Assembly: GCA_963674695.2 (NCBI GenBank)
Contig: CAXXGI010000002.1
Coordinates: forward strand, 128,001 to 192,000
From: a bacterium
Lineage (GTDB): Bacteria > UBA10199 > 2-02-FULL-44-16 > JAAZCA01
Reading direction: 5' to 3'
DNA length: 64,000 bases
Shown here: one piece after another, positions 46,153-56,266 of the stretch
How the letters are laid out: the number at the start of each line of letters is the position of its first letter
Position numbering within the stretch: position 1 is the stretch's first letter
Notes under the pieces: generated by a model
The model's input: only the letters and a program-made list of their open reading frames with translations
The model's database searches: none
Told to the model about the DNA's origin: nothing
Made by a program: the position numbers and the translations under genes

Positions 46153-47786
46153 TATGAAGGCCCTCCTGTGTTATCGGTACATTCGATTACCCAATACATA
46201 TAACCGCAGACGAGATCTTCGTTTCCTGCGGATTGCTCTAAACGGAACTCCCAATTACCACCGCTATATTGGGGAATGCCCGGAGAATGGAAACCACTGA
46301 AACTTATATATCCCGTGCCTCCAATTTGGGCATTGTTATCGCTGTCGTATCCACCTCCGCCCTGCGTCATATCGATCATCATAATTCCACAGCCGGCCGC
46401 ATCAGATGAAGTGTATCCACCAATCGTGTAGATATCGTTGACGGCGCTGTTTCGAACCTGTTGACCTCTGGCGTTTAGACTTCTGCCTAAAGAGAGGGAA
46501 TGGGTATGGATGCTGATATTTACGCCATCGATAGTTACGCCGGCATCACAGCCCACATTGCCGGTCAGTGTGCCACCACTTCTTAATAGGTACTGTGAAT
46601 GATCGTTATCTCCCAGACCCGCAAGATTGTGATGTTGGATTTGCGGTCCACCTGTTCCTCCCGTATGTCCGTGAGAACCGACATCGACACCATCGACGAG
46701 TCTGCCAGCTGCAAGATCAATATTCTGATTGAACGTCCAGACCTGAGAGATCGTTTCATTTTGGTCTTTGTGCGTATATTGTGGGTGGTCATCATCACCA
46801 AGCCCGCCTAAGCCTCCATGATCGGTTATGTTCACTGAATCTATATAACCTTTTGTTGCGAGATGATTGGCTGCGATGGGATTTTGTCCAATCACCGGCT
46901 GTGCAAAAGTCCACTGGCCATTGACGGTTTCATTCTGATCAATATGAGAGTATTGAGGATGATCATCATCAGCGAGTCCCTGAATATTACCGTGCTCGAT
47001 AGAGCCTTCGGTGAAGTGTATTGTTGCATCGTCTACGTGATCGCTGACATCCACACCATCAACTGTCCCTATCGTTGTGATATTGCCTGTTTCACTATCA
47101 ATGCGTGCCGTTTCTGTGAGACCGTCATCGGAATAGAATATAAGATCGTAACCATTGATAAAACTCTTGTCGCCTTCGATATCCTCGTCACCGAAGTTGT
47201 GAATGACCGTTGCGTCTCCGTGAAGTTTAAGTTCTTCCTTAACGGTCGTGTCGATATCAGCATCTTCAATTGTGCCGTCTCCAAAGGAGATCGTCACATA
47301 GGCAAGTAAAATACCGCCATCGCCGGGGTTGGGCGGGGGATTGGCGTTGCCTATGGTGTCTTCGGCACCTTGATAGAGCTTGAACTCCACATCCTCTTCG
47401 GTGAATTGATAGACAGTATCTCCAAAGCCATCGATTGCCGGTTCTTTGTCCGTTATGTGATAGTAGACATAAACGGAGACAATCTTTTCGTCCCCGGGAT
47501 TTGCTACTTGGATCGGATCGCCATTTGCATCTTCGATAAAGGGGATGTTGTATGTCTGATTGTTGATTATGCGCCGACCATAGGTATCATACGCAACGCC
47601 GGAATTAGCATCGACCGAGAAATTAGGACCGGCACCGCGCTCGGTTACCTCCATGCCGAAGATCACGCCAGTGTCCTGCGTGAGTTCGAGCAGAAGGTTC
47701 CACATTGAGTGGTCGATATCCTGATGATGACTCTCTAGCCAGTCGACGTCCGCCAAGAATCGAAAATACCAGTTGTGTTTATCCAT
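46152..47786 (-). CDS. Tail fibre protein
   Basis: Baseplate-anchor N-terminus (GVAYDTYGRRI), repeated H..L.GL.DDDHPQY and VDGVDV motifs. Confidence 0.75.
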   Translation of the reverse strand: MDKHNWYFRFLADVDWLESHHQDIDHSMWNLLLELTQDTGVIFGMEVTERGAGPNFSVDANSGVAYDTYGRRIINNQTYNIPFIEDANGDPIQVANPGDEKIVSVYVYYHITDKEPAIDGFGDTVYQFTEEDVEFKLYQGAEDTIGNANPPPNPGDGGILLAYVTISFGDGTIEDADIDTTVKEELKLHGDATVIHNFGDEDIEGDKSFINGYDLIFYSDDGLTETARIDSETGNITTIGTVDGVDVSDHVDDATIHFTEGSIEHGNIQGLADDDHPQYSHIDQNETVNGQWTFAQPVIGQNPIAANHLATKGYIDSVNITDHGGLGGLGDDDHPQYTHKDQNETISQVWTFNQNIDLAAGRLVDGVDVGSHGHTGGTGGPQIQHHNLAGLGDNDHSQYLLRSGGTLTGNVGCDAGVTIDGVNISIHTHSLSLGRSLNARGQQVRNSAVNDIYTIGGYTSSDAAGCGIMMIDMTQGGGGYDSDNNAQIGGTGYISFSGFHSPGIPQYSGGNWEFRLEQSAGNEDLVCGYMYWVIECTDNTGGPS

Positions 47787-47797
47787 AAAAGACCTCG

Positions 47798-48913
47798 CTA
47801 ATGTACAAATGTATTTATGCCTACCTCGGAAACTCCGACCTCCCAGTGATCCACAAAACCGGGATCGACGGGCTGAATGATCCCGTAATGGGTATGGGCA
47901 GGCTTCATAAAGTCAGCGATTACGCGCAGTAACGCTTCTTCGTCCTCATCTATGATCTGTGGTGTCTGGATGAAGAAGTGAAAGACCCACGCCCCCGGCC
48001 GATCGCCGTCTGCAGCATTATTCGTCGTCTGGGCGTAGGGGGTGTTTATATTGTCGTCACGAACGAGTTCGGCACCCCAAGCGTATAGATCATCCGGAAT
48101 GCCGTCATCTGTCCTTAGAATAAATCTGACGTTGCCACCCGTTACAGGGAAGAATTTGTGCTGAAAAGTAAATCGCTGCCAATTTGTGGTTATGTTCAGG
48201 ATGGCCTCACTGCTATCCAGAGGGTCGTCCACAGATTGAATGATGGCCTTGATGGAGATCGGATTTTTGGCCTTCAGAAATATCGAACCTGCAAAATCCT
48301 CATCGCCTGTGAAAAAAGGTGTGACCTCCTGATATATTTCAGCTCCCGGCGCACTCATATCGAGCCGGTCGGCCGGTCTCGACCATGGGGTTGGGCCTAC
48401 CGTTTCGTCCGGAAAGACGACTAAGTCCGTCTTGATCCAGTCTGGAACCGTAAAATCCTCGCTCCAGTTGAGGATATTGCAATAGAGCCTGCGGCCACCG
48501 GCGTATGTGGAGAGGCCGAGTTCGCTCGCACCGACATGCCAGCCGTCCTCGGGATAGGCGTGGGGATCGATAATTTCAACATCGAAGCCCATGAGAAATT
48601 TTGACGCCTTGGCGATTCCCTTTTCCTTTCCAAGACCTTTCTGGTTGTACATCGGTATCAGGAGGCGAACGAGTTTTCGCTTTTGAATATCTGTAAGGGG
48701 AAAATCAGAAAACGGACTTCCGAGTTGCGCGAGCATCAGATCAACGAACTCTATCGGGGCAGTGTCCGGATCAGTGATCTGATCGTATTTGATAATCGCC
48801 TGCCTGAATTCCGTGGAGATTTTGGCGACCAGATCCTTCCAGAGTTTCAAAATACCATCAGGATCGTTCTGATGATAAATACGTGGCGGCAGATTTTTTT
48901 CGTTCTCGCTCAT
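47798..48913 (-). CDS. Baseplate wedge protein (P2 gpI-like) with inserted beta-sandwich
   Basis: DPDTAPIEFVDLML, YNQKG, FMKPAHTHY. Confidence 0.8.
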   Translation of the reverse strand: MSENEKNLPPRIYHQNDPDGILKLWKDLVAKISTEFRQAIIKYDQITDPDTAPIEFVDLMLAQLGSPFSDFPLTDIQKRKLVRLLIPMYNQKGLGKEKGIAKASKFLMGFDVEIIDPHAYPEDGWHVGASELGLSTYAGGRRLYCNILNWSEDFTVPDWIKTDLVVFPDETVGPTPWSRPADRLDMSAPGAEIYQEVTPFFTGDEDFAGSIFLKAKNPISIKAIIQSVDDPLDSSEAILNITTNWQRFTFQHKFFPVTGGNVRFILRTDDGIPDDLYAWGAELVRDDNINTPYAQTTNNAADGDRPGAWVFHFFIQTPQIIDEDEEALLRVIADFMKPAHTHYGIIQPVDPGFVDHWEVGVSEVGINTFVH

Positions 48914-48922
48914 AGCTTCCCT

Positions 48923-50680
48923 TTAAGATGTTGAGAAGATTACCGAGTGCGTTGCAAACTCGTTGATCTCCATTCCTGTATCACTTGCAGGACTTACCAG
49001 ATTAAAACTTTTGACTCCTTCCACATCCTGAATGATCCAGATGAGACGATTGCGATATATCGTGGTTCCAAAATCGACCTTGGGATTGTCTCCATCGTCA
49101 CTGATGTCGCGGCCAAAGTAGTTGTTGAGAGCGGTCTTTATTGCGGCCTGAACGGTTGAGTCCTCTCCATTCTCAAAGCTATCGCCAGAGCTATTGAAAT
49201 TCGCTGTAGCACCGTCTGTCACCTCAATCGTGTAGTCGTTCCCATGAGCGCCCGGCGTCTTGACGGTCATGTTGATCGTCGCAATATCAATCTCTGCCTG
49301 AATCTCAGGGATGGCCACTTCAATGACCGTTGCCAGGTTGCTCGCCGAGGCGTTGAGATCGCCGCCCGGAAGCCAATCGACAAATACCTCGAAATCAATG
49401 CCGTTTATCGTCACCGTATCGCCGGGATCAAAATTGTTATCCAAAAGTTCTATTGAGGCAGTGGCCTTGATGCCGATGTCATTTGCATACTCTGGCATTG
49501 TCACGAGATCTCGAATATCTATAGCGATGGGGACAAACTGCGGATCGACGATGATGAGGCGCTGTGTTAGCGGCGGGGGATTATCTTCAAGCGCAAGCTC
49601 AATTTGCGCACGGAGCGCCTCCGATACAGTATCTCCCTCAGCCGGCAGAACTACCGCAAGGACGGTGTTTTCCTCGATCAGGGGATTGTCGTTTACTGTC
49701 AGAATACGGACGCGACCAATGCCGGGAACGTTTCCGATGATTGCCTCAAAATCCTCATAATCGATCGTTACCTCTTTAGCCCCGATCGATTTTGGGATGT
49801 TGATCTTGGTTATTGCCATTGCCTCTCTGTCAGCGCCGCCTTGAGACGCATCGTCATTTGTAACTGTGAGGGCTACTGGATTTCCTCCGGCGTCAATAAA
49901 TGTATCGTCCAGAATTGTAACCGTTCCCGGCGCTACGATACCCTTTGCGCCGCCTCCGACTTTATAGGCAAAGACGATTATATCTTCTACCGGCGGGATC
50001 TTGCCGTTGTTGTTGTCTCCAAAGATGACAGTTGGCCGGCCCTCGGAATCAACCTCGAGGACAAAGTGCTCGCTGTTGCCGTCAGAGTTTAAGAAATTGT
50101 CGACATGCACCCACGAGACGCCGGCTACTTTGACCCCCATCGTTCCTTCGATATATGGAACATGGCTCAAGACCGCACGATAATCAGACGTTCCGTCGCT
50201 GGTTGTTGTTTCTGTTATCGTCTCCTGATGTTTTGAACCAACTACACCGGAGATAGATCCTTCCGACATGATGAGGTTTTCGATTATCTCGAAGATCAGA
50301 CTCTCTTCACCGGTTGTCCTTGCTTGTGTTCCGACAGGGATGATCAGGTCGTTTTCGAGCGGCTGATCGTCTGCCGTGCGAAACGTAAGATCAACCGATG
50401 CGGCGACATTACTCGGAATATGATAGTCAAACTGTTTTGCGAGTTTTGTGAGATTCTTCGCCTCGGTGACTGTGGGGACAAAGTGCTGCTTTGCCTGAAA
50501 ATTTTGCATCCATGCCATGTTGGCCGAGATGAAGGCAAGCCACTCAATGAATACGACACCCTGATTGGATTCCAAGATATCCGTCCACTCTGGGAACCTT
50601 GCCTTGGCGATGCCAAAGAGGGACTCTTTAAATCCATCGAAATCAAACGGACGAAATTCTATGTTATCAAATGTTGGCAT
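48923..50680 (-). CDS. Baseplate J-like wedge protein
   Basis: DFDGFKE..FPEWTD, FGDNNNGKIP, YKVGGG, GGADRE. Confidence 0.88.
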   Translation of the reverse strand: MPTFDNIEFRPFDFDGFKESLFGIAKARFPEWTDILESNQGVVFIEWLAFISANMAWMQNFQAKQHFVPTVTEAKNLTKLAKQFDYHIPSNVAASVDLTFRTADDQPLENDLIIPVGTQARTTGEESLIFEIIENLIMSEGSISGVVGSKHQETITETTTSDGTSDYRAVLSHVPYIEGTMGVKVAGVSWVHVDNFLNSDGNSEHFVLEVDSEGRPTVIFGDNNNGKIPPVEDIIVFAYKVGGGAKGIVAPGTVTILDDTFIDAGGNPVALTVTNDDASQGGADREAMAITKINIPKSIGAKEVTIDYEDFEAIIGNVPGIGRVRILTVNDNPLIEENTVLAVVLPAEGDTVSEALRAQIELALEDNPPPLTQRLIIVDPQFVPIAIDIRDLVTMPEYANDIGIKATASIELLDNNFDPGDTVTINGIDFEVFVDWLPGGDLNASASNLATVIEVAIPEIQAEIDIATINMTVKTPGAHGNDYTIEVTDGATANFNSSGDSFENGEDSTVQAAIKTALNNYFGRDISDDGDNPKVDFGTTIYRNRLIWIIQDVEGVKSFNLVSPASDTGMEINEFATHSVIFSTS

Positions 50681-50683
50681 TGG

Positions 50684-51073
50684 CTACTCCACAAAACGTG
50701 GGAAGGCGACGGCAATGTTGTCGACGATCCCTCTGTTCATTATTACGTAGTGACCGAATATTTCGACGCGGTTTGCATCGGGATTTATATTTACAATGAC
50801 TTCATTGAGTTCTACACGCGGCTCCCATTTCTCGATCGCCTCAATTGTATATGAACGGGCCAGGGCTATTGTAATCTCGTCTATCGGTTCAAAGAGGAGT
50901 TCAGGGAGGCGGGAACCGAACTCAGGCACCATCACTCTTTCGCCAATATAGGTGCCGAGGATTTGATAGATCGAATGTTTGATCAGTATCCGTATGTCGG
51001 ATGCAAACTCGATGAATCCCTTTGCATTGATCTTCTGCGGGAACGTCATCCCATTGTCTGCAATAAGCGCCAT
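50684..51073 (-). CDS. gp25/gpW-like sheath initiator
   Basis: ILGTYIGERVMVPEFGSRL...KWEPRV. Confidence 0.92.
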   Translation of the reverse strand: MALIADNGMTFPQKINAKGFIEFASDIRILIKHSIYQILGTYIGERVMVPEFGSRLPELLFEPIDEITIALARSYTIEAIEKWEPRVELNEVIVNINPDANRVEIFGHYVIMNRGIVDNIAVAFPRFVE

Positions 51074-51948
51074 TAGTTGACTCCTCCGGTGTTACCGCCA
51101 CCGGGCTCGACGCCGCTGTGATTATGAGTAAGGAATTTGCGCCCCTGAATAAATACGCCGCCAGCATTGATCTCGACTGTGTTACCGCCCACGTCAAAGG
51201 CGATCTGGTTGGGGCTCAATGTAATTGTGGTCGCGCCGAACTGCATCGTAGAAGCCTGCGTTGCGACAAGTGAAAAACCCGCACAGTTGATGCTTTTATT
51301 TCCTGTGAGCATCTCCGCGCTGTTTCCGTTCACCTGTTCTGTTTTATTGCCGCTGATTTGTTTGGAGTGATTCCCATCGATCTCTTCTGATTTATTGCCT
51401 GTTACATTGTGTGCAGCATTGCCACTCGTTTGAACAGACTCATCACCTTTGACCGTGAGATTCAGGTTTCCCGTCGTGGTGTCGAACTCAAATGTGTTGC
51501 CTTTCTTTATATCCGTGATCTTGAATTTCTCCGCACCCTTGGTGTCGTCCATTTCAAGAATCCAGTTTTTGGTCTTCATCACGCGGTTGTCCGGAGGATT
51601 CTTTTTCCCTTCTTTTGGAGTGTTCCCCTTGGACCATGCACCGCCTTCCCACAAGGGGTGAGATGGATCACCGTTTTCAAATGTCACCCAGACCATCGAG
51701 TCTTTAGGCGGAATCTTGAAATCACCGAAATCTTTTCCTGCAATCTGACCTCGCGGCCATGCCCACGTCTGCATAATATTCTTTGCAGCTATCTGTGGGA
51801 CATGGAGTTTCAACCGACCAAGAATATCAGGATCACGGTTGTCGACTACAAAACCGCGATACGTTCCATAATAAAGACCGAAATACTCGAAACCGTATTT
51901 TTTGACCGTATCGATGTACTCGCTTATATTTGTCGGTGTATCACCCAT
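51073..51948 (-). CDS. Baseplate spike (gpV/gp5 OB-fold plus beta-helix)
   Basis: YRGFVVDNRDP..GRLKL, VWVTFENGDPSHP, C-terminal HNH. Confidence 0.9.
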   Translation of the reverse strand: MGDTPTNISEYIDTVKKYGFEYFGLYYGTYRGFVVDNRDPDILGRLKLHVPQIAAKNIMQTWAWPRGQIAGKDFGDFKIPPKDSMVWVTFENGDPSHPLWEGGAWSKGNTPKEGKKNPPDNRVMKTKNWILEMDDTKGAEKFKITDIKKGNTFEFDTTTGNLNLTVKGDESVQTSGNAAHNVTGNKSEEIDGNHSKQISGNKTEQVNGNSAEMLTGNKSINCAGFSLVATQASTMQFGATTITLSPNQIAFDVGGNTVEINAGGVFIQGRKFLTHNHSGVEPGGGNTGGVN

Positions 51949-51950
51949 AG

Positions 51951-53210
51951 TTATAATCCCAAAAGTTCTCTTCCTCTTTGCCCGTAGGTCATCAGGCTCT
52001 TGGAACCTTTTATAATAACCTCAATTGATTCCATGGCCTTTTCGATCGGATTCTTCATATTGATCGGGCCGTTGAGACTTAAGCCCGATGGAAATATATC
52101 GGTAGCGCCGACGGCATTCCTTTTTCCCTTTACCGAGTATTTATATCCGTCAGTCAGATCATGTGTGATTGCCTCGATCTGATACATCCCCGAAAACTTT
52201 TTGCCGATTCCATGAATTTCGATAAGATCACCGCTGGCAAAAAACGGATCGTTGCTCGACGCTGATATCTCGAACTGGGCTTCAACATTACCTAGAAGTG
52301 CCTTACGCCTGTAACCCTCGACGATGGAGTTCATCTCTTCATTTGTCTTGGGCGGCAGGGGGAGCGATTTTCCTGTGGACGTTGGCAGGATCGTGTGAGG
52401 AATGGAAGCCGACAATCGCTTTAATATCTTGCTTGTAAAACTCGTTGCGTAGTTCTTTGTGGTTCTCACCGGTCCTAAGTTTTCGGTAGATACTGTCCCT
52501 TCGTCTGCCGCAAATGAGCGCGTCTTGTGCGTGAACGGATCGACCGTAACGGCTGTCGTCTGAATAGAACTCTTGGCATTGTCCTGATCTTTGACCTGTA
52601 TCTCAAATGAGAGGATTCTCGAATCCCGACCCGGCGTATAGGCAAGGCGTGCTACAGGAGGCGCATTAAGTTTGCGTTTAACAAAGTGGAGCGTATCGCC
52701 AACGACCTTGAATACATGATCCTGTGCCCGGGACTGCAGATGTTTCAGGATATCGAAATCGGTCTTTCCGCCCTGAGCAAGAAATGGGATCGCTAGTTCA
52801 AGTGCTTCTGTTTTAAGTTTCAGACCGTGCCGAAGGGCGATCTTTTTGAGGATACTCTTCATATCTGTCTTTTGAAATGTTCCCCAGTGCTCCTCGAGTT
52901 TGAGTTCAGAACCCTTGTCGAGCGCCTGAACCTCTACCAGCCCGTGGACAAATCGCGGGCGCTTGACCAGAAACTTACGCGCCTTATAGAGATGGCCGGC
53001 AAATCCCCACTGGACAATCCATTCCGTCCCTTCCTGAAACTGGTTTGAATCGACGAGCTCGTTCCAAGGATCGCTGAACGTTGCGGTCAAAAGATCGTCC
53101 TCCTTTTCGCTGTCTTCATAACGAAACTCGGTGACATGGGCGCCAAGCCCTAAGCGAAGAGGCTGACCTCTTGCCACGATCTTAACTATCACTGCTTCGG
53201 AGACTGGCAT
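51951..53210 (-). CDS. Baseplate hub / late control D-like protein
   Basis: IALRHGL, Q..TDFDIL, GIGKKFSGMYQIEAITH. Confidence 0.85.
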   Translation of the reverse strand: MPVSEAVIVKIVARGQPLRLGLGAHVTEFRYEDSEKEDDLLTATFSDPWNELVDSNQFQEGTEWIVQWGFAGHLYKARKFLVKRPRFVHGLVEVQALDKGSELKLEEHWGTFQKTDMKSILKKIALRHGLKLKTEALELAIPFLAQGGKTDFDILKHLQSRAQDHVFKVVGDTLHFVKRKLNAPPVARLAYTPGRDSRILSFEIQVKDQDNAKSSIQTTAVTVDPFTHKTRSFAADEGTVSTENLGPVRTTKNYATSFTSKILKRLSASIPHTILPTSTGKSLPLPPKTNEEMNSIVEGYRRKALLGNVEAQFEISASSNDPFFASGDLIEIHGIGKKFSGMYQIEAITHDLTDGYKYSVKGKRNAVGATDIFPSGLSLNGPINMKNPIEKAMESIEVIIKGSKSLMTYGQRGRELLGL

Positions 53211-53511
53211 TGATATATGTCCTTTCTAACGTATCCCTGCTTGGAACACGAAGTGTCTTTCCAATAAACAACTGCGTAGCCATCGCATCGTTGATCTGGT
53301 TGTAGTGCATGATGATAAACATGTGTCGGGGATCACCTAAAAGTTTGTAGGCGACCAAATCGAGACGATCGCTTTCGCGTAGGATATAAAATTGATCGTC
53401 ATCGCGCCTGATTGGTTCAGGCAGATCAATGATCCCCCACGTATATTCACCTTGCACCTCGTCAAAATATGGATCGGCAAACTTGAAGATGGAGTCGATG
53501 CGAACTTTCAT
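53182..53511 (-). CDS. LysM/gpX-like baseplate protein
   Basis: DRLDLVAYKLLGDP...IMHYN...GKTLRVP. Confidence 0.85.
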   Translation of the reverse strand: MKVRIDSIFKFADPYFDEVQGEYTWGIIDLPEPIRRDDDQFYILRESDRLDLVAYKLLGDPRHMFIIMHYNQINDAMATQLFIGKTLRVPSRDTLERTYINASLRSSDS

Positions 53512-54152
53512 AGCCGGATCACCTCGTTATATGTTTTTGCGCGGCTCCTGATTTCAACTAGCGTAAGATTTACCTGAACCTCGCTTGGAATTTGGCTAAC
53601 TGGGTCCATCGCATCTCCCCATTGAACATTAAAATCACGCACGAGCCATCTGTCCTGCGAGTAGAGCCTCCCCTGAACAACGACAACCGGATGTGGGGCA
53701 ACGTCGAGTTCACCTCCGCTTGAATAATCGGGATAGGCAAGACTCTGTAGAAATCGGACAGAGCGCCTGATGTCGTTTCTGGCGCGTTCCTGCATTGTAA
53801 AGACAAGTGGGAGTTCCAAGACGCGCTCCTGACCGCCTTTGTAATGAAACTGTGGAACGGAACGGGCAAGAACCTGATGCGTGGCATAGTCAGCACCGCC
53901 GCTCTCACGGGCGGCAACATTATATTGAAATACGAGACGCTCCTTCGTGACCGTATCGACTATGAAACCATGATTCTTTAGAACCCTCCGAATGAAACTG
54001 GGTACGCCGCCATCCTCTGCCAGGACTCCGTAAAAGAGATCGGTGGCAAAACCTCCGATGGCAGAATCACTTGTAATGCTCGATGCCGCCATCTTTGCCG
54101 TGTCGACATATTGTCCGATATCTGTGAATAATTGAAATCCTCCAAATGCCAT
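53508..54152 (-). CDS. Tail tube initiator (gpU/CIS tube-like)
   Basis: FQYN, P.FHYKGG, FLQSLAYP, V.LTLVE. Confidence 0.75.
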   Translation of the reverse strand: MAFGGFQLFTDIGQYVDTAKMAASSITSDSAIGGFATDLFYGVLAEDGGVPSFIRRVLKNHGFIVDTVTKERLVFQYNVAARESGGADYATHQVLARSVPQFHYKGGQERVLELPLVFTMQERARNDIRRSVRFLQSLAYPDYSSGGELDVAPHPVVVVQGRLYSQDRWLVRDFNVQWGDAMDPVSQIPSEVQVNLTLVEIRSRAKTYNEVIRL

Positions 54153-56266
54153 CAGTTTGCCCTCACTGTCTGCAGTTGTTGATATTCGAAGATCACCTTG
54201 CCGACCTTTTGTTTATCCAAAATCACGTCCGCCGGCTGAATCTTTGCCGGCTGGACGTTTATGTTGTTATTGACGATAGGCGATTGAACCTGAACGTTCG
54301 GGTTGCGACTGGCCGATAGTTGCAGATTGCGGCTTTCTTCGAGGTTGCTTGTTTTTGAGAGTGCCGGAGTTGTTTCCGCGACAGTGATGCCGGCGTTTTG
54401 TTGCCTAATCTCTTCGGCACGTGCGCTGAGTGCCCCCTTGCCCTCTGAAATCTTCGAACTGATAAAGTCGCGGATCGACTTACCGGTTACGATATCCCAG
54501 CCCTCTCGCACAAACTCGAATATCTTTTTAATCTGTGGAAACTGGTTGATGAACTCTTTTACCTTCTCGATAAGATTGGTGACCCATTCAACCATGGCAG
54601 AGAATCCCTGTACCGCAGTTTCATGCAGATATTTGACTGCATCGATGATCGGCTGAAAAACCGGAAGGATGTCTGTCTTAAAGACGAGCCATGCATCCCT
54701 CATAAACTGAACTGTGGTCTTGGTGTTATCTATGATTGCCCGAAAGATAGGGACGACAACCCGCAAAATACCGCCGAATACTGCGGCCATTGCCCTGAAT
54801 ACCATCTGATAATACCAGATGACTATCTTGGCGACGGCCTTGATTATCGGCCACACGGCGTTTGCAAACTCTGTCCATGCCGCCTTGATATCCTGAATGA
54901 CGTCCTGATTCTTCTCCCAAAGTTCCTGCAGAACCGGTTTCAATGCTATGAAGGCGGCAATAACAAGGCCTACGACTATTGCAATCTTCGCAAATACGAT
55001 GAGTGCTGGAATGCTCACAAGGGCGATGACCCCCATGATAGCGGCAACGGCACCGAGCGCAACTCCAAGGGCAGCAAGGATCCCGAGGCTTCCGGCGACG
55101 ACCTTTGCAATCTTCGGGTGCTCTTCTAACCACGCACCGATCTTTTGGCCGATTTCACTGATCTTATCTACGACCGGTCCCAGCGCTTTGATCAAAGGAG
55201 TTCCGATGCTATTTTTAAGAAGCGTAATGCTCCCTTTGAACCGGTTCATCTGCTGAGAAAACGTGTTGCTCTGTATATCAAACTGTTTCTGAGTAAGTCC
55301 CGCAGAGTTTTTTACAAGATCGAGAGCTTCCTGAAAATCCTTGGCGCTGTCTCCGACCAATGGAAATAAGACACGAAGTGCCTCTGTCGATCCAAAAAGT
55401 TTGACCAGCACCTCTTCCTGACCTTGGGTCTTGTTTCTGAGTTCAGTCAAGAACTGCGAAAGTCCCTTTGTCTTTAGTGCCGTAAAATTAAATTCAAACC
55501 CTAACTTCTTTGCAATCTTCACGGCGTCAGATGTTGGTTTTTGTATATTGGCGATCATCTGAACGAGGGCAGTCGATGCCTGATTGGAGTCTTTGGTCAC
55601 ACGAGTCAGCGCCGATACGGTGGCCAGCATTTCGTCGAGTGAAATGCCCGCTGTCTTTGCAGTGCTCGTAAGAAAGGGAAGTGCCGCTGCCATTTCGTTA
55701 AGATCGGTCTGGCCGAACTGGGCGGCGGCATTTAGCTTGTCCATAACATTGGCCGCACCGCTTGCCTCAATGCCGTATGCACGAAGGGTCTTTGAGAGGA
55801 CTTTTAGAACCGGTTCAGTCTCGGCCGCTCCTGCAATGGATCCCTTGATCACTGTGTTAAAGAAATCAGTAGCCGTGCCTATATCGCTAAATCCTGCGGA
55901 TACAGCGGCAAATAGGGTAGAGGTAGCCTGCTGGACGTCAACGCCTTGAGCAATCGCGCTCTTGGCAAGGTCTGTAAACGACCTTCTTGTCTCTTCAGTA
56001 GCATCAGGCATCAGGGTGAATATCTTTGCCATGCCGGTTTCCAAATCGGCAGAGGCATTGATCAGCGCTCCAAAGGCACGACGACCGGCCATGAATATCG
56101 CGGCACCTGCAGCGGCCTGCATCGCTCCCTGCATACGCTTCATGGAGTCCACGGTATCCCGCGCCTGACCACGCATATGCTTCATCGAATTGCCGGCCTT
56201 GCCCGCTGCCGGTGAAAACCGGTCTCTAAGCGATATCGTAATACCTAATCCAAGGTCTTCTGCCAT
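54152..56266 (-). CDS. Tape measure protein
   Basis: LGITISLRDRFS, TP901-type core, hydrophobic segment, amphipathic W/F repeats. Confidence 0.92.
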   Translation of the reverse strand: MAEDLGLGITISLRDRFSPAAGKAGNSMKHMRGQARDTVDSMKRMQGAMQAAAGAAIFMAGRRAFGALINASADLETGMAKIFTLMPDATEETRRSFTDLAKSAIAQGVDVQQATSTLFAAVSAGFSDIGTATDFFNTVIKGSIAGAAETEPVLKVLSKTLRAYGIEASGAANVMDKLNAAAQFGQTDLNEMAAALPFLTSTAKTAGISLDEMLATVSALTRVTKDSNQASTALVQMIANIQKPTSDAVKIAKKLGFEFNFTALKTKGLSQFLTELRNKTQGQEEVLVKLFGSTEALRVLFPLVGDSAKDFQEALDLVKNSAGLTQKQFDIQSNTFSQQMNRFKGSITLLKNSIGTPLIKALGPVVDKISEIGQKIGAWLEEHPKIAKVVAGSLGILAALGVALGAVAAIMGVIALVSIPALIVFAKIAIVVGLVIAAFIALKPVLQELWEKNQDVIQDIKAAWTEFANAVWPIIKAVAKIVIWYYQMVFRAMAAVFGGILRVVVPIFRAIIDNTKTTVQFMRDAWLVFKTDILPVFQPIIDAVKYLHETAVQGFSAMVEWVTNLIEKVKEFINQFPQIKKIFEFVREGWDIVTGKSIRDFISSKISEGKGALSARAEEIRQQNAGITVAETTPALSKTSNLEESRNLQLSASRNPNVQVQSPIVNNNINVQPAKIQPADVILDKQKVGKVIFEYQQLQTVRAN

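Noticed and set aside
46152-47786. Diversity-generating retroelement target
   Set aside because: No reverse transcriptase or adenine-variant repeat pair seen in the window
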